Below are positions 1 through 10,089 of a stretch of DNA of 64,000 bases, in pieces (the first letter of the stretch is position 1; each line of letters opens with the position of its first letter). The stretch is from the NCBI GenBank assembly GCA_963668695.2, contig CAXXLQ010000004.1:1248001-1312000 (forward strand), read 5' to 3'. A program made the position numbers and the translations under genes. Source of the stretch: Vicinamibacteria bacterium. Its GTDB lineage: Bacteria; Acidobacteriota; Vicinamibacteria; Marinacidobacterales; Marinacidobacteraceae. Under the pieces are notes generated by a model, which worked only from the letters and a program-made list of their open reading frames with translations, searched no databases and was not told the DNA's origin.

Positions 1-363
1 GTTCAGCCAATCGAGTGCCGCGCGATGTTCGTCGGCAAAACGCGCGGCCACCCAGATCACGGTCACAGCCTGCAGACCTGCCGCGTAGGTCAGCAATTGC
101 CCGAGGTGGAGGTGGTCCGTTCGCTCCAGTTGGTTTTCGATCAGAACCCAGGTGTTTGTGCCGAGGTCCTTACACAGGATGTCGGCACGGAACGGGCCAA
201 CTTCCTTTTCCTCCGCCTCGACTTCCAGTTGCATTCCGAGGGCCTCTTCGAGGACGGCGAGATTCTCCGGGCGGGCGAGCCAGGGCGTGAAATCAGCCGA
301 TTCGCTGTTCCAGATCTCCCGTAGCTCGACGCGCTTCAGGCGGCCGAGCGACTGCGTGTTCAT
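1..363 (-). CDS. DUF4268-family protein, N-terminal part (runs off the window edge; absent from the ORF track)
   Basis: Manual translation: MNTQSLGRLKRVELREIWNSESADFTPWLARPENL...GPFRADILC...IENQLERTDHLHLGQLLTYAAGL, typical of this family. AGGAGG RBS at 371-376 (minus strand). Confidence 0.8.
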   Translation of the reverse strand, partial: MNTQSLGRLKRVELREIWNSESADFTPWLARPENLAVLEEALGMQLEVEAEEKEVGPFRADILCKDLGTNTWVLIENQLERTDHLHLGQLLTYAAGLQAVTVIWVAARFADEHRAALDWLN

Positions 364-497
364 CTGATCACCTCCTGCCGACCGTTCAGGATCGGGGTGG
401 GCGGATTCTTCCAGACGCGGGGTGCCCTGCGGGGAGAAGTGGACTTCCGCGATCCGCGGCCGTCGCGATTCTGTTTGTTCGCCCCTACGTGCTGGAC

Positions 498-525
498 GAT
501 GCCGGCCTGAAGGCCGGCGGTCCCT
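498..525. repeat. REP-like hairpin, family C (GATGCCGG-N-CCGGCGGTCCC)
   Basis: gatgccggcctgaaggccggcggtccct. Similar copies at 6631, 6795, 9752, 9857, 11492 and 12568. Confidence 0.6.
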
Positions 526-564
526 ACCGGCCGGCGCCGTCTTGTGAATCGGGGTCTGCGCGGA

Positions 565-2610
565 TCAGCGGTCGGGGCCGGAGCGGTAGAGGCGGCGGAT
601 CGCCTCCTCCAGCACCCCCGGGAAGGATGCGTCGCCGATAGCCTGGAGTGCGGCGAGCGATCCCTCCCGGTCCCCTTTCGCCTCCGCCACCATCGCGAGG
701 TTGTACCGGACCGCCGCCATCTCGAGCGGCGAGCCGGGCCCGATGGCTTCGGCCGCGCGGATGAACGCCGCTTCCGCGGCTTCCAGTTCGCCGGCAGCGA
801 AAGCGGTCAGCCCTTCCGTCAGCGCGCTCACTTCGGCGGCCTCCGGTCCACCGTCCACCCGTAGCAGATAGCTGGGGTCACTCGCCTCGCTTCCGGTGAC
901 GAGCTGGCTCCGGGAAATCACCACCGCCCCCCGATCGACTTCGGCGGCGCAGTCCTCCTGCAGCAGGCCGGCGGGCGGGCCCCAAGCCAAACACGGTCCC
1001 TCATCCGGCTGCTCCCGAAGGAACACCAGCCCCTCCTCCCGTGCGGTAACGCTCACCGGGCGTCCGGGCACGATTTCGAGCACTCGCAGCTCCCCCGGAT
1101 CTCCCGGCCGGACCACGGCGGACAGCACGAGGGGAGATCCGTCGGCTGCTTCGTAGTCCCTTTGCACGACGAAGAAACCCTCGGCGCTGGCTACCCGGAC
1201 CCGGCCGCCCGGAATGGCCCGCACCACGTCTGCGTCCACCTCTTGCGCCGCCTGGAGGAGACGTTCCCCGAAGCGGGGCACGATGCGCGTCAGCAGGGCG
1301 AGCCTCGCCGCATCCCCGGCCTCGAGCTCCGCGGCGGTGCGGAGCAGCGAGGTGCCTCGGGCCGCTGGATCATTCGACGCGCGCAGGACGGCGCGAACGG
1401 CGTTCAGCAGGCGTTCCTCAATGTCTCTCACCGGCTCGGGACCGGCTTCGAGGCGGCGGAGAATCTCGATCATGTCCTCCGGGTCGTCCGGAACATCAAC
1501 CAGCGAGGCGTCCCCGCCCTCGACCGGAGAGTCGTCGAGAAACCGGAATAGGGCGTTCAGGGTGCGGCGGACCGAAGCGCCGGGATCGAGGGAAATGCGC
1601 CACACGGAGAGCCCGGCCCGCGCCGCCAGCCAGAGGGTTTCGGCGTTATCGCCCTCGGGTCGGAAGGCGACCGTGTCCCGCCGGACCACATGGCCGATGG
1701 GGCGGGGCCGGAGCGCAGACCTCGCCGATGCCGTCTGCGGTTCCGGCTGGAACAGACCGGTGCCGGTGAGTTCTGCGATTCGCATGAGGATCGCGAGGTC
1801 CGTGTCCGGGACCGCCGCGATCAGGTCCACCCCCTGGCCCCGGAGCGCGGTCTGCAGTTCGTCGATGACCTCGCCGCACCGGGGGCAGCCCTCCTCCGGG
1901 AAATAGAGAAGAAGGGAACGGCCTTCGGAGTAGGAGCGCTCGCTCGACCAGACGCCTCCTTCCACGGCCAGCGTGAGGTCCGGGAAGGGGGCTTCATAGG
2001 GTGATGTGCCTTCCGGCGGTCTCCTCCGCGACGTTTCGGGAGCCCGAAACCGGAAGCGGTCCAGCGCGGCGGCAAGACCGTTCTCGGTGCGGAACGCGCC
2101 GGTTTCGCGCAGGAGTTCCAGGGCTTCCCGATCCGACCCTCCCGAGCGCGCCCAGGAGCGAAGGAGCGCATCGACTCGCTCGGCGAGAGGCATCCCCGGA
2201 AGATCGGCGAGACGGCGCCAAGTCTCCGGCCGCGGATCGAGCGCGACAGCGCGCCGATACTCCCGTGCCGCTCCCTCCGCATCACCGGTGGCGGCGAGCG
2301 CGTCACCCAGCGTTGCCCGGTAGGCCGCCCGCCGCAGGCGGTACACCGCGTTGGCCGCGCCGGTGAACTCGTCCAGAACGATGCGCCCTTCGGGTACCTC
2401 CTGGCTCCATTCCGGGGGGGAGAAGTTGTCGGAGCGCGTGACCGCATCGAACGCGCTCTCGACGGCCCCGTCGCCATCGCCGGCGTCCAGCAGGCGCCGC
2501 GCCTCCGTGTGTTCGGCGGAACCGGGCGGCTGCGCCCAGGCGCTGGAGGTCGCCGTGACGCCGAGAACGAGGGCAGCCAGAAGTGCCCCGCCCCGCGAGC
2601 GGCGGATCAA
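565..2610 (-). CDS. Secreted TPR-containing protein with a thioredoxin-like CxxC segment
   Basis: Probable TTG start overlaps the upstream stop (TTGA). Signal peptide ending AWA-Q. TPR-like helices at both ends. Central LLLYFPEEGCPRC. Confidence 0.65.
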   Translation of the reverse strand: MIRRSRGGALLAALVLGVTATSSAWAQPPGSAEHTEARRLLDAGDGDGAVESAFDAVTRSDNFSPPEWSQEVPEGRIVLDEFTGAANAVYRLRRAAYRATLGDALAATGDAEGAAREYRRAVALDPRPETWRRLADLPGMPLAERVDALLRSWARSGGSDREALELLRETGAFRTENGLAAALDRFRFRAPETSRRRPPEGTSPYEAPFPDLTLAVEGGVWSSERSYSEGRSLLLYFPEEGCPRCGEVIDELQTALRGQGVDLIAAVPDTDLAILMRIAELTGTGLFQPEPQTASARSALRPRPIGHVVRRDTVAFRPEGDNAETLWLAARAGLSVWRISLDPGASVRRTLNALFRFLDDSPVEGGDASLVDVPDDPEDMIEILRRLEAGPEPVRDIEERLLNAVRAVLRASNDPAARGTSLLRTAAELEAGDAARLALLTRIVPRFGERLLQAAQEVDADVVRAIPGGRVRVASAEGFFVVQRDYEAADGSPLVLSAVVRPGDPGELRVLEIVPGRPVSVTAREEGLVFLREQPDEGPCLAWGPPAGLLQEDCAAEVDRGAVVISRSQLVTGSEASDPSYLLRVDGGPEAAEVSALTEGLTAFAAGELEAAEAAFIRAAEAIGPGSPLEMAAVRYNLAMVAEAKGDREGSLAALQAIGDASFPGVLEEAIRRLYRSGPDR

Positions 2611-3782
2611 CGGAGTCGACGGAGCCGTTCGACCGCCTCGACGAGAGTCTCCCGGTTCTTGCAGAAGGTGAAACGGATCCGTTGGCTGCCTGCGGCCGGA
2701 TCGGCGTAGAAGCTGGATCCCGGTACGGCCGCTACCCCTACGGTCTTTACGAGGTGCTGCGCGAAGGCCACATCGTCCGGGAAACCGAAATCGGAGATGT
2801 CGGTCATCACGTAATACGCCCCGCCGGGCTCGAAACAGCGAAAGCCGACCTCGGTGAGCCCGGAAACCAGCAGGTCGCGCCGTTCTTCGTATCCCTTCCG
2901 CAGTTCCTCGTAGTAGCTCTCGGGGAGCTTCAGGGCCGCCGCCCCCGCCTCCTGCAAGGGAGCGGCCGCGCCCACCGTCAGAAAGTCGTGGACCTTGCGG
3001 ATGGCGGCGGTCAACTCCTCGCTCGCCACCGTCCAGCCGACCCTCCACCCAGTCACCGAGTAGGACTTGGAGAGGCCGCTGATGGTCACGGTGCGGTCCG
3101 CCATCCCGGGCAGGGTCGCGATCGGGATGTGCCGGGCGCCGTCGTAGGTGATGAACTCGTAGATCTCGTCGGTGAAGGCGATGAGGTCGTGCTCGATGCA
3201 GAGCGCCGCGATCCGCGACAGTTCCTGCTTGCTGAACACCTTGCCGCTTGGGTTCTGCGGCGAGTTCACGATGATCGCCCGGGTGCGGTCGGTGACGGCG
3301 GCCCGCAGGGCATCTTCGTCAATCGTCCAGTCGGGTTCCTGGAGGCGCACGTAGCGGGGCACTGCTCCCGACAGGATGGTGTCCGGCCCGTAGTTCTCGT
3401 AAAACGGCTCGAAGACGATGACTTCTTCGCCGGGGTCCACGACCGCCAGCATCGTGGCGATCATCGCTTCCGTAGAGCCGCAGGCCACCGTGAGGTGGCG
3501 TTCCGGGTCCACGTCCATCCCGTAGAGCTCCTGGTAGCGCTCCGCGAGCGCGTTGCGCAGCGACTTCGCGCCCCAGGTAATCGCGTACTGGTTGATGTCC
3601 CGGCGGATGGCCTCGACCGCCGCTTCCTTGATCTCGGCGGGCGCCGGGAAATCGGGGAACCCCTGGGCGAGGTTCACGCCGCCGTACCGCATGGAGAGCC
3701 GGGTCATCTCACGGATGACCGACTCGGTGAAGAGAGCCGCCTTTTTGCTCCCGCGGCGTCGGACTGCCAGGGTCTCGCTCAT
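2607..3782 (-). CDS. PLP-dependent aminotransferase class I/II
   Basis: NLAQGFPDF, NSPQNPSG, DEIYE and SLSK-type SKSYSVTGWRVG motifs. Confidence 0.93.
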   Translation of the reverse strand: MSETLAVRRRGSKKAALFTESVIREMTRLSMRYGGVNLAQGFPDFPAPAEIKEAAVEAIRRDINQYAITWGAKSLRNALAERYQELYGMDVDPERHLTVACGSTEAMIATMLAVVDPGEEVIVFEPFYENYGPDTILSGAVPRYVRLQEPDWTIDEDALRAAVTDRTRAIIVNSPQNPSGKVFSKQELSRIAALCIEHDLIAFTDEIYEFITYDGARHIPIATLPGMADRTVTISGLSKSYSVTGWRVGWTVASEELTAAIRKVHDFLTVGAAAPLQEAGAAALKLPESYYEELRKGYEERRDLLVSGLTEVGFRCFEPGGAYYVMTDISDFGFPDDVAFAQHLVKTVGVAAVPGSSFYADPAAGSQRIRFTFCKNRETLVEAVERLRRLR

Positions 3783-6082
3783 TCACCGCCCGCTTTCTTC
3801 GCCTTGCCCAGTTCCGGATACAGCCGGCGATAGATCATCTCGTTTCGCAGGATGAGCTTCACGTAGTTCCGCGTTTCGGTGAAGGGGATCTCCTCGATGA
3901 ACACCTCCGCCGGGATCGCCATGTTCATGTCGGTCCAGTCCTTCACGCGATGCGGGCCGGCGTTGTATCCGGCGAGCGCCAGTTCCGGCCGGCTCGCAAA
4001 CTGCTCGAGGAGCTGATGGAGATAGCGGGTCCCGAAACGGATGCTCACTCCCGGGTCGTAGAGCCGCGAAGTCCGGTAGCTCACGCCTTCGAGCCGGGCG
4101 AGAGCCCGTCCGGTGGCCGGCATCACCTGCATCAGTCCGCGCGCTCCGACCGGTGACCGGGTCCGCGGGACGAACACAGATTCCTGCCGGATGAGCGACG
4201 CGACCAGGTAGGGGTTGAGCTCCCATTTGTCGGAGCGCTCCTGAATCCGGTCTTCGAAGCGCAACGGATAGAGGAGCCGCCACCAGGCATCGGGCAGCGC
4301 CTCTCCGGCTGCGGAGGTGTGGAACGGCGCGGCGCGCCGGAGCGTCTGGATCGCGCGAACGTGTTTGTTGTCGTCCGCGAGCAGCCAGCCGCGGATCGCT
4401 TCGAACGCCGGGTCGTCGGGGAGTCCACGCCGGGAAGCGGCGCCGGCCGCCTCCAGGGCGCGCTCGCCGAACCCCGCGGCGTAGAGCTCCTCGATCCGCG
4501 CAGCCTCTGCCGTGCGCTGGACCTGGAACCGCTCGAGGAGCCGGTGGGGCTCGCTCAGCGGGCTCGCGAGTGCTTCCCCCCGGCCCATCTCCTCGAGGCG
4601 TTCCGCGGCCATCCTCCCGTAGAACGAGTTCTGATACCCGATGAATACCTCCCGGTAGAGCCGGGCGGCGCCCTCCGGGTCTCCGGTTCTGTCCAGCGAG
4701 CGTCCGGCGAAGTACAGGAATTGACCGGCCATGAACTCGCCCGGGTTTTCGCGCGCCGCGCGCTCGAACTCCTCGGCCGTTCCGCCCAGATTCTCATTGC
4801 GGTACCGGTCCCAGAGCACGTGCCAGCGCGCGAAGAGTCCGTGCTGGCCGTTCGGATAGGCCTCCGCGAGCCGGGTGAGGTATGGCAGGGCGGCTTCCCG
4901 GTCGTTTCGGGCCAACTGGCTGCGGGCCAAGCTGTAGAGCGCCCGCTCGCCGAACTCGTGATCCTGTTCGAGCGCCAGCAGTTCTTCGAGAACCCGTTTC
5001 TGGGTGGTCCGGCGTTCGAGCCGCCGGAGCGACTCCCCGCGGTAGTAGAGGGCCGCCGGCCGGAGGTCTTCGCGCTTTATCCGGGCCAGCGTGCGGAGCG
5101 AGGCGCTCAGCCGGCCTCGGTGAAACTCCTGAATCCCGATCCGGAGCTGAACCAGTTCTCGATCGCCCGCCTTGGCGAAGCGCCCGGCGATCTCCCGGTA
5201 GTTTTCGTGGGCCTTCCGGTGGTTCCCCGCCCGGGCAAAACCCTCGGCCCGCCGCATGGCCCTCGGATACTTCTCGGCAGCGGAGGGTGATTTGACGTCC
5301 CGGCGCTTGTAGAGCCGGGACAGTTGCCGGCCGGCCGGGAGCGACTCCTTGTGGGTCGCCATGTCGTAGTAGAGGGTCTCCAGCCGCCGGGCGGCTTCCT
5401 CCCGGCGGCTGAGCCGTTCCAAAACGGCCGCGGTAGCGGCCAGCGCTTCTCCCCGGAGCTTGAAGGAAGCTTCGGCGATTACCACCTCCAGGTGGGTGAG
5501 GGCCTCTTCGCGCTCTTGGGTCCGGCCGAGGACGCGTCCGAACTCGAGGTGCACCTCAAGCTTGCGTGAATACTCCGGAAACTCGTCGAGCACTCGCCGC
5601 AGCGTGGCGATGGCGTCCTTCCGGCGGGAGCCCGGCAGGCTCTTGCCCAGGAGATGTAGGGCGTCGGCCGTCAGTTGGGCCTCCGAGAGTTCGGGTGCGG
5701 TGAGCCGTTTTTCCGCCTCCGACCAGCCTCCACGCCGCAGGGCGTCCGCGCCCAGCCGATAGGAGGCCGCCGCCCGCACCCGGGCGGACATGGCCGGGTC
5801 ATCGGCGATCGCCTGGAGCGCCTTCTGCCGGTCGGTGCGGGATTCGATGGTGGCGGCGCGGCGAACCGCCGCGAGCCCCGGCGGCGGGGTTTCGAGCGAC
5901 TCCCAGGGGATACCGGAGAACGCGCCGGGATCGGCGGCGGGGGCCGCGGGAGGCGGGGCCCCGGGAGTTGGGGTACCGGTCTGCCCCAGCGTGCTCCCCA
6001 ACAGGAGAAGGAAGGACCCGGCTGCGACCCGCGCTCGGCGCCGGGCGCATGGGCGAAGGCAGGCGAGACCGAACTGCACCAT
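3779..6082 (-). CDS. Lytic transglycosylase (TPR + SLT domain)
   Basis: IRQES, GARGLMQVMP, YNAGP and IPFTETRNYV motifs. TPR-rich N-terminus. Confidence 0.9.
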   Translation of the reverse strand: MVQFGLACLRPCARRRARVAAGSFLLLLGSTLGQTGTPTPGAPPPAAPAADPGAFSGIPWESLETPPPGLAAVRRAATIESRTDRQKALQAIADDPAMSARVRAAASYRLGADALRRGGWSEAEKRLTAPELSEAQLTADALHLLGKSLPGSRRKDAIATLRRVLDEFPEYSRKLEVHLEFGRVLGRTQEREEALTHLEVVIAEASFKLRGEALAATAAVLERLSRREEAARRLETLYYDMATHKESLPAGRQLSRLYKRRDVKSPSAAEKYPRAMRRAEGFARAGNHRKAHENYREIAGRFAKAGDRELVQLRIGIQEFHRGRLSASLRTLARIKREDLRPAALYYRGESLRRLERRTTQKRVLEELLALEQDHEFGERALYSLARSQLARNDREAALPYLTRLAEAYPNGQHGLFARWHVLWDRYRNENLGGTAEEFERAARENPGEFMAGQFLYFAGRSLDRTGDPEGAARLYREVFIGYQNSFYGRMAAERLEEMGRGEALASPLSEPHRLLERFQVQRTAEAARIEELYAAGFGERALEAAGAASRRGLPDDPAFEAIRGWLLADDNKHVRAIQTLRRAAPFHTSAAGEALPDAWWRLLYPLRFEDRIQERSDKWELNPYLVASLIRQESVFVPRTRSPVGARGLMQVMPATGRALARLEGVSYRTSRLYDPGVSIRFGTRYLHQLLEQFASRPELALAGYNAGPHRVKDWTDMNMAIPAEVFIEEIPFTETRNYVKLILRNEMIYRRLYPELGKAKKAGGE

Positions 6083-6198
6083 GTAGTAGAATGCTAAACG
6101 ATTCGCGATACGGCGTCTTAGGGTTCGGCCTTATTCGGTCCCTTCAGGATCTGTGGTTGGTTTTCAGCTGCGGACTTGCCGCCTGAATCGCGCCAAGA

Positions 6199-6574
6199 GG
6201 GGGCGCACTGGGTTCGACGAAGGTACATGAAGCAACGATTGCATGTCGGGGGTCCACCTCTCGTAAACGGTGGAAACAAAACAAAAGCCAACACTGAACT
6301 GGCACTGGCTGCTTAAGTAGCCACGTTCTTCCTGACCACGCCTGCCGGGCGGGAAAGGGCGTCGACCTAGGCGGGCTTTGCCGGCGGTCTTCCCGAGCCG
6401 TCGGTGAGCATCAGGGATAGGTTCCGAGCCGCGATTCGCCGGGTTGATGCGGTGCGGGACCGAAAGAGGGAAAGGCGCCTCCGGGCGCGGGTTCCCGCCC
6501 ACAACCCGGATATGCATGTAGACGTCGTTGCAGAAGACTTTCGGACGCGGGTTCGATTCCCGCCGCCTCCACCA
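6199..6574 (+). ncRNA. ssrA: tmRNA; tag peptide ANTELALAA
   Basis: 5' GGGGGCG pairs with 3' CGCCTCC-ACCA (G3.U). T-arm GGGTTCGATTCCC. Tag ORF GCC AAC ACT GAA CTG GCA CTG GCT GCT TAA at 6287-6316. Confidence 0.96.
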
Positions 6575-6630
6575 TCGCGACAGCGCTACGGCAAAGGGAG
6601 CGCCGCTCGGGAAAGGCAGCGCCCACGGCT

Positions 6631-6821
6631 GGGACCGCCGGTCTTCAGACCGGCACCGCGGTCCGGCGGGCCGGGAAACGCGTATCGCTGATGGGTGTGA
6701 AGCGCGCGCGACAGCGGGTTCTGCGCGTTGGCCCAGTCTATGGGAAGCATCTTCGCGGTTGGCGATGCGCGATCTCGCTGCGCTGCCGCGCAGCGATGCC
6801 GGTCTGGAGACCGGCGGTCCC
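6631..6821. repeat. Inverted pair of family-C REP-like hairpins (REPIN-like)
   Basis: gggaccgccggtcttcagaccggca ... tgccggtctggagaccggcggtccc. The segment 6750-6821 is similar to 9811-9882. Confidence 0.6.
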
Positions 6822-6863
6822 CTGCCCAACGGCCTCTGCCGACTTTCAGCGCCGCGCCGGACC

Positions 6864-8951
6864 TCAGAACACCCAGGACAGCTTGGTGAAGAGCGTGCGG
6901 TAGTTGACGAGTTCGTCGTCGAACTGTGCGGGTCCTTCCTGGTAGGCGAGCTGGAGCGAGCCGAACGGGGGGAAGAACCTCCAGACGTAGAGGAGCTGGA
7001 TCGTCTCGCGCTCCAGTTCGAACATCGGGCTCGAGAGGCTGCCGGTGACGTCGTAGCGGGTCTGGTAGAACGCCTTGAAGAACATGTCCTTGTTCAGGTA
7101 GTAGGTCGCTCGCACGAAGTGGACCCAACTGCTCCGGTCGTGGGGGTCGGGGTCGAACCAGACCCGCTTGAGGTCGTAGGTCGCGGTGAGGGCGTCGGTG
7201 ATCGTCCAATCCACAACGCCTCCGAACTGGTCGAGATCGCTGTCGAAATTGACGCCGCGGCCGTAGTAGCCCGAAATTGCGGTGCCCGTGCGGGTGTCGA
7301 AGGTCAGCTTGGCCTGATTGAGGGAGTTCCGGAAGTGCTTCTCGAAAAGCCCGGGTTCTTCGGCCTTGAACTCCTCCCCGTTGGACACGTCCAGAGTCCA
7401 CCGCTTCAGGAAATTGAGGCCGACCCGGTTGAGGATCTGCCAACTTCGTAGCCGGCCGGATTGGCTCCAGAACTGGTTGTAGTTGATCGAGCCGGTCAGA
7501 TCCTGAAGCCCGTTTCGGTTGATCCAGAACTGCTTCCGCACGTTCGAGTCCACCTCGCGCCGGTCGTCGTCCCGAATGAAGCCGACCCGGTTCATGTTCT
7601 CCCGGACGTTCTCTCCGACGTGCGTGTAGCGGACGTGGAAATGTCCGGTCTGGGAGTCGTAGGAGGGCCGGAAGAAGTACGTCCACGCCCCTTCGTCGTG
7701 GGCGCCGTACGACCGGATGACCTGTGACGTCATACCGAGGTAATCCGAGAAGAACAAGGTCCCGACGAGTCCCAGCGAGCCTTCATTCGCCCCTTCGTAG
7801 GTGCGATTAGCGCCGATGACCCCGACGTTGGAGGCGCCCCCGATCTCCCGGCTCAGCCGAAACGCCGAGTAAACGGCGCCCTCTCCGGAGGCGCTGGAAA
7901 TGGTCGTCGCGGAATCCGTTTGACTGGCCAACCCGTTGACCCGCCACCGGCCGATCTTTCCGTTGGCCTTGGCGCCCCAGCGCATATCCCCGATTCGTCG
8001 GGAGTAGAACTGCACGATGCGGGTGCGGTAGCTCTCCGTGCCTTCCAGGAAGAAGGGACGCTTCTCCGGGTACGACAACTCGTACCGGGTGAAGTTGACC
8101 TGCTCGACGTCGGCCTCGACGGTGGCGAAATCGGGATTGAAGGAGAAATCGATGCCGATGTTGCTCGACGGCGCGTATCGCAGATCGAGTCCGAACTCCG
8201 TAGTGGCCTCCTGGGTCTCCTGGAGAACGCCCTGCACGTAAGGGATGAAGGCGTAGCTCTTGGTGACGGCCTCGGTCAGATCGAGGTCCGTGATGCTGCC
8301 GATCTCGTCGATCCGAAACCACTCCGAAAGGCCCGGGATCCAGTGGCTCTGCTCCAGATTCCTGGGGAGGTAGCGGATCGCATTGAAGCCCCAGGTGGAG
8401 GTTTCCCGCGCGAAGCGGACCGTTTCGAAGGGGATGGCGACCTCGGCGGACCAGCCGCGATCGCTCGTCGCCCCGGCCGACAGCCAGTTGGCGTCCCAGG
8501 TGATGTCCCGCGTGCGCCCGTTGTCCGCCCAACGTTCGTCCTGCTGCGTGCCCAGCGAGTTGACCATGAACACGTAGGCGTTGTTGTCGTCATCGAAGGT
8601 GTCGAGGACGAGGGCCACCGCGTCGTCCTCCCACACCTCGCCGTCCCGCCGGGTGACCGTCCGAGAGATGGCGTCGGGATCCGTGTCGCGGCTGTCGATC
8701 CCGAAATAGACCATCCGTTCGTCGTAGAGCACCCGGATGACCGTCCGTTGGGACGCCGCCGCGCCGGCGACCGGCTGGAGCTGGGTGAAGGCCTCGATGC
8801 CGGCGGCGCTGCCCCAGTCCGCCTCGTCCAGCACGCCGTCGATTTCGATGGGCTCCGACGTTCTCGTCGCTGCGACTTCCTGGGCGGCGAGGCCGGAACT
8901 GCACACGACTACCGCAACCGGTCCGAGGAAGATCGCCAGACAATGGCGCAT
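6864..8951 (-). CDS. CBM9-like/DUF5916 outer-membrane protein
   Basis: Signal peptide, IDGVLDEADW, NPDFATVEAD, YPEKRPFFLEG and YSRRIG motifs; C-terminal Phe. Confidence 0.85.
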   Translation of the reverse strand: MRHCLAIFLGPVAVVVCSSGLAAQEVAATRTSEPIEIDGVLDEADWGSAAGIEAFTQLQPVAGAAASQRTVIRVLYDERMVYFGIDSRDTDPDAISRTVTRRDGEVWEDDAVALVLDTFDDDNNAYVFMVNSLGTQQDERWADNGRTRDITWDANWLSAGATSDRGWSAEVAIPFETVRFARETSTWGFNAIRYLPRNLEQSHWIPGLSEWFRIDEIGSITDLDLTEAVTKSYAFIPYVQGVLQETQEATTEFGLDLRYAPSSNIGIDFSFNPDFATVEADVEQVNFTRYELSYPEKRPFFLEGTESYRTRIVQFYSRRIGDMRWGAKANGKIGRWRVNGLASQTDSATTISSASGEGAVYSAFRLSREIGGASNVGVIGANRTYEGANEGSLGLVGTLFFSDYLGMTSQVIRSYGAHDEGAWTYFFRPSYDSQTGHFHVRYTHVGENVRENMNRVGFIRDDDRREVDSNVRKQFWINRNGLQDLTGSINYNQFWSQSGRLRSWQILNRVGLNFLKRWTLDVSNGEEFKAEEPGLFEKHFRNSLNQAKLTFDTRTGTAISGYYGRGVNFDSDLDQFGGVVDWTITDALTATYDLKRVWFDPDPHDRSSWVHFVRATYYLNKDMFFKAFYQTRYDVTGSLSSPMFELERETIQLLYVWRFFPPFGSLQLAYQEGPAQFDDELVNYRTLFTKLSWVF

Positions 8952-9072
8952 CGGCCTCCGAGTATTCCACCCACCCGTACTGACGTTGACAGGCCTCAGC
9001 GCCGTCGGCGCTGTTTCGCGCTCCCGCGCGATGTTCGCCTTGTCGAGGATGCGCTCGCCGCGGTCGGCGGCC

Positions 9073-9555
9073 TTACCGCAGCAGGCTCACGAAACCGACG
9101 ACGAGGGCGACGATGAGCACCGCCTGGGCCATCAGCGCTCCGAACATCCATCGGATCATGCGCGTTTCCAGGTTTGCCAAGTCCGCCTTCGTGGCGAACT
9201 GGGTGCCGAACTCGGCCAAGTCCGCTTTGGTAACGAATTCGGCCAAATCCGCTTTCGTGGCAAATTCGGCCAGGTCCGCCTTCGTGACCGTACTCTCGCG
9301 CATCTCCCGGAGTTCCGCGCGCACCGGCCGAATCTGCGCCGCCGCGGTCTCCGAAGTCATGGCATGCATCCGCTTTTCAACAGTATAGGCCAACGTCGCG
9401 TCAACACCCACGTCCACCAGGGCGCGGAAGAGAGCGCCTTCCTCGGCCGGTTTCGGGTTGTTGGTTTTGGGATCGCGTGGCGGGCAGCCGGCTGGTGGCG
9501 GAGCCGGCTTCCCGGGTGGTTGGGGGGCGGGTGGTTGCGGCGCGGGGCTGGCCAT
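9073..9555 (-). CDS. DUF1640/CCDC90-like coiled-coil protein with C-terminal TM helix
   Basis: Repeated (A/V)TKADLAEF units, then LETRMIRW and a hydrophobic tail. GGAGG RBS before the ATG at 9555. Confidence 0.75.
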   Translation of the reverse strand: MASPAPQPPAPQPPGKPAPPPAGCPPRDPKTNNPKPAEEGALFRALVDVGVDATLAYTVEKRMHAMTSETAAAQIRPVRAELREMRESTVTKADLAEFATKADLAEFVTKADLAEFGTQFATKADLANLETRMIRWMFGALMAQAVLIVALVVGFVSLLR

Positions 9556-9751
9556 CGGGAACTCCTCCGGTGGGACGCGGCGGAAGACACCGGCGCCTTC
9601 CCCTATGCCCATAGACGGGATTTCGGGTCGTTCCGTCCCGCTTCAGGAGGGTGATGTGGAAAAGTCGGCTTGAACCTGGTGCGCCTGATCGGAACGGCAG
9701 GGGTGGCGTTCTCGCCGTCCCGGGTCTCCAGCTCGCGCTGCGCTCCGGCGC

Positions 9752-9882
9752 GATGCCGGCCCCCACCGGGAGAACTGGCCAGAGGTCGGCGGTCCAAGCC
9801 GTCCCCGCGCTTCTTCGCGGTTTGCGATGCGCGATCTCGCTGCGCGTCGCGCAGCTGTGCCGGTGTGAACACCGGCGGTCCC
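9752..9882. repeat. Family-C REP-like copies; the first carries the 18-bp insertion at 9761-9778
   Basis: gatgccggc[ccccaccgggagaactgg]ccagaggtcggcggtcc and tgccggtgtgaacaccggcggtccc. Confidence 0.6.
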
Positions 9883-9956
9883 TTGCTAACTCGCTGTGCG
9901 GTGTGGGTCGCTAGGGCCGTCTGATCAGCGGTTGCCCGCGCGATATGCCTCCGGCC

Positions 9957-10074
9957 CGGCAAGTCCCGGCGCATCCGGACCAGGTCACGCCGCACGTCGT
10001 CCGGCAGCGGACGCCCAGGGTCGAACCACAATCTTGAGCGTCCTCGAACTCTTCAGAAACCTGTCGGCAGGCAT
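9957..10074 (-). pseudogene. Possible frameshifted remnant resembling a DUF1801 (YdhG-like) C-terminus
   Basis: KSSRTLKI in one frame and WFDPGRPLPDDVRRDLVRMR in another. The similarity is weak and recalled from memory. Confidence 0.2.
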
Positions 10075-10089
10075 CCCTTTCGGTGGCCG

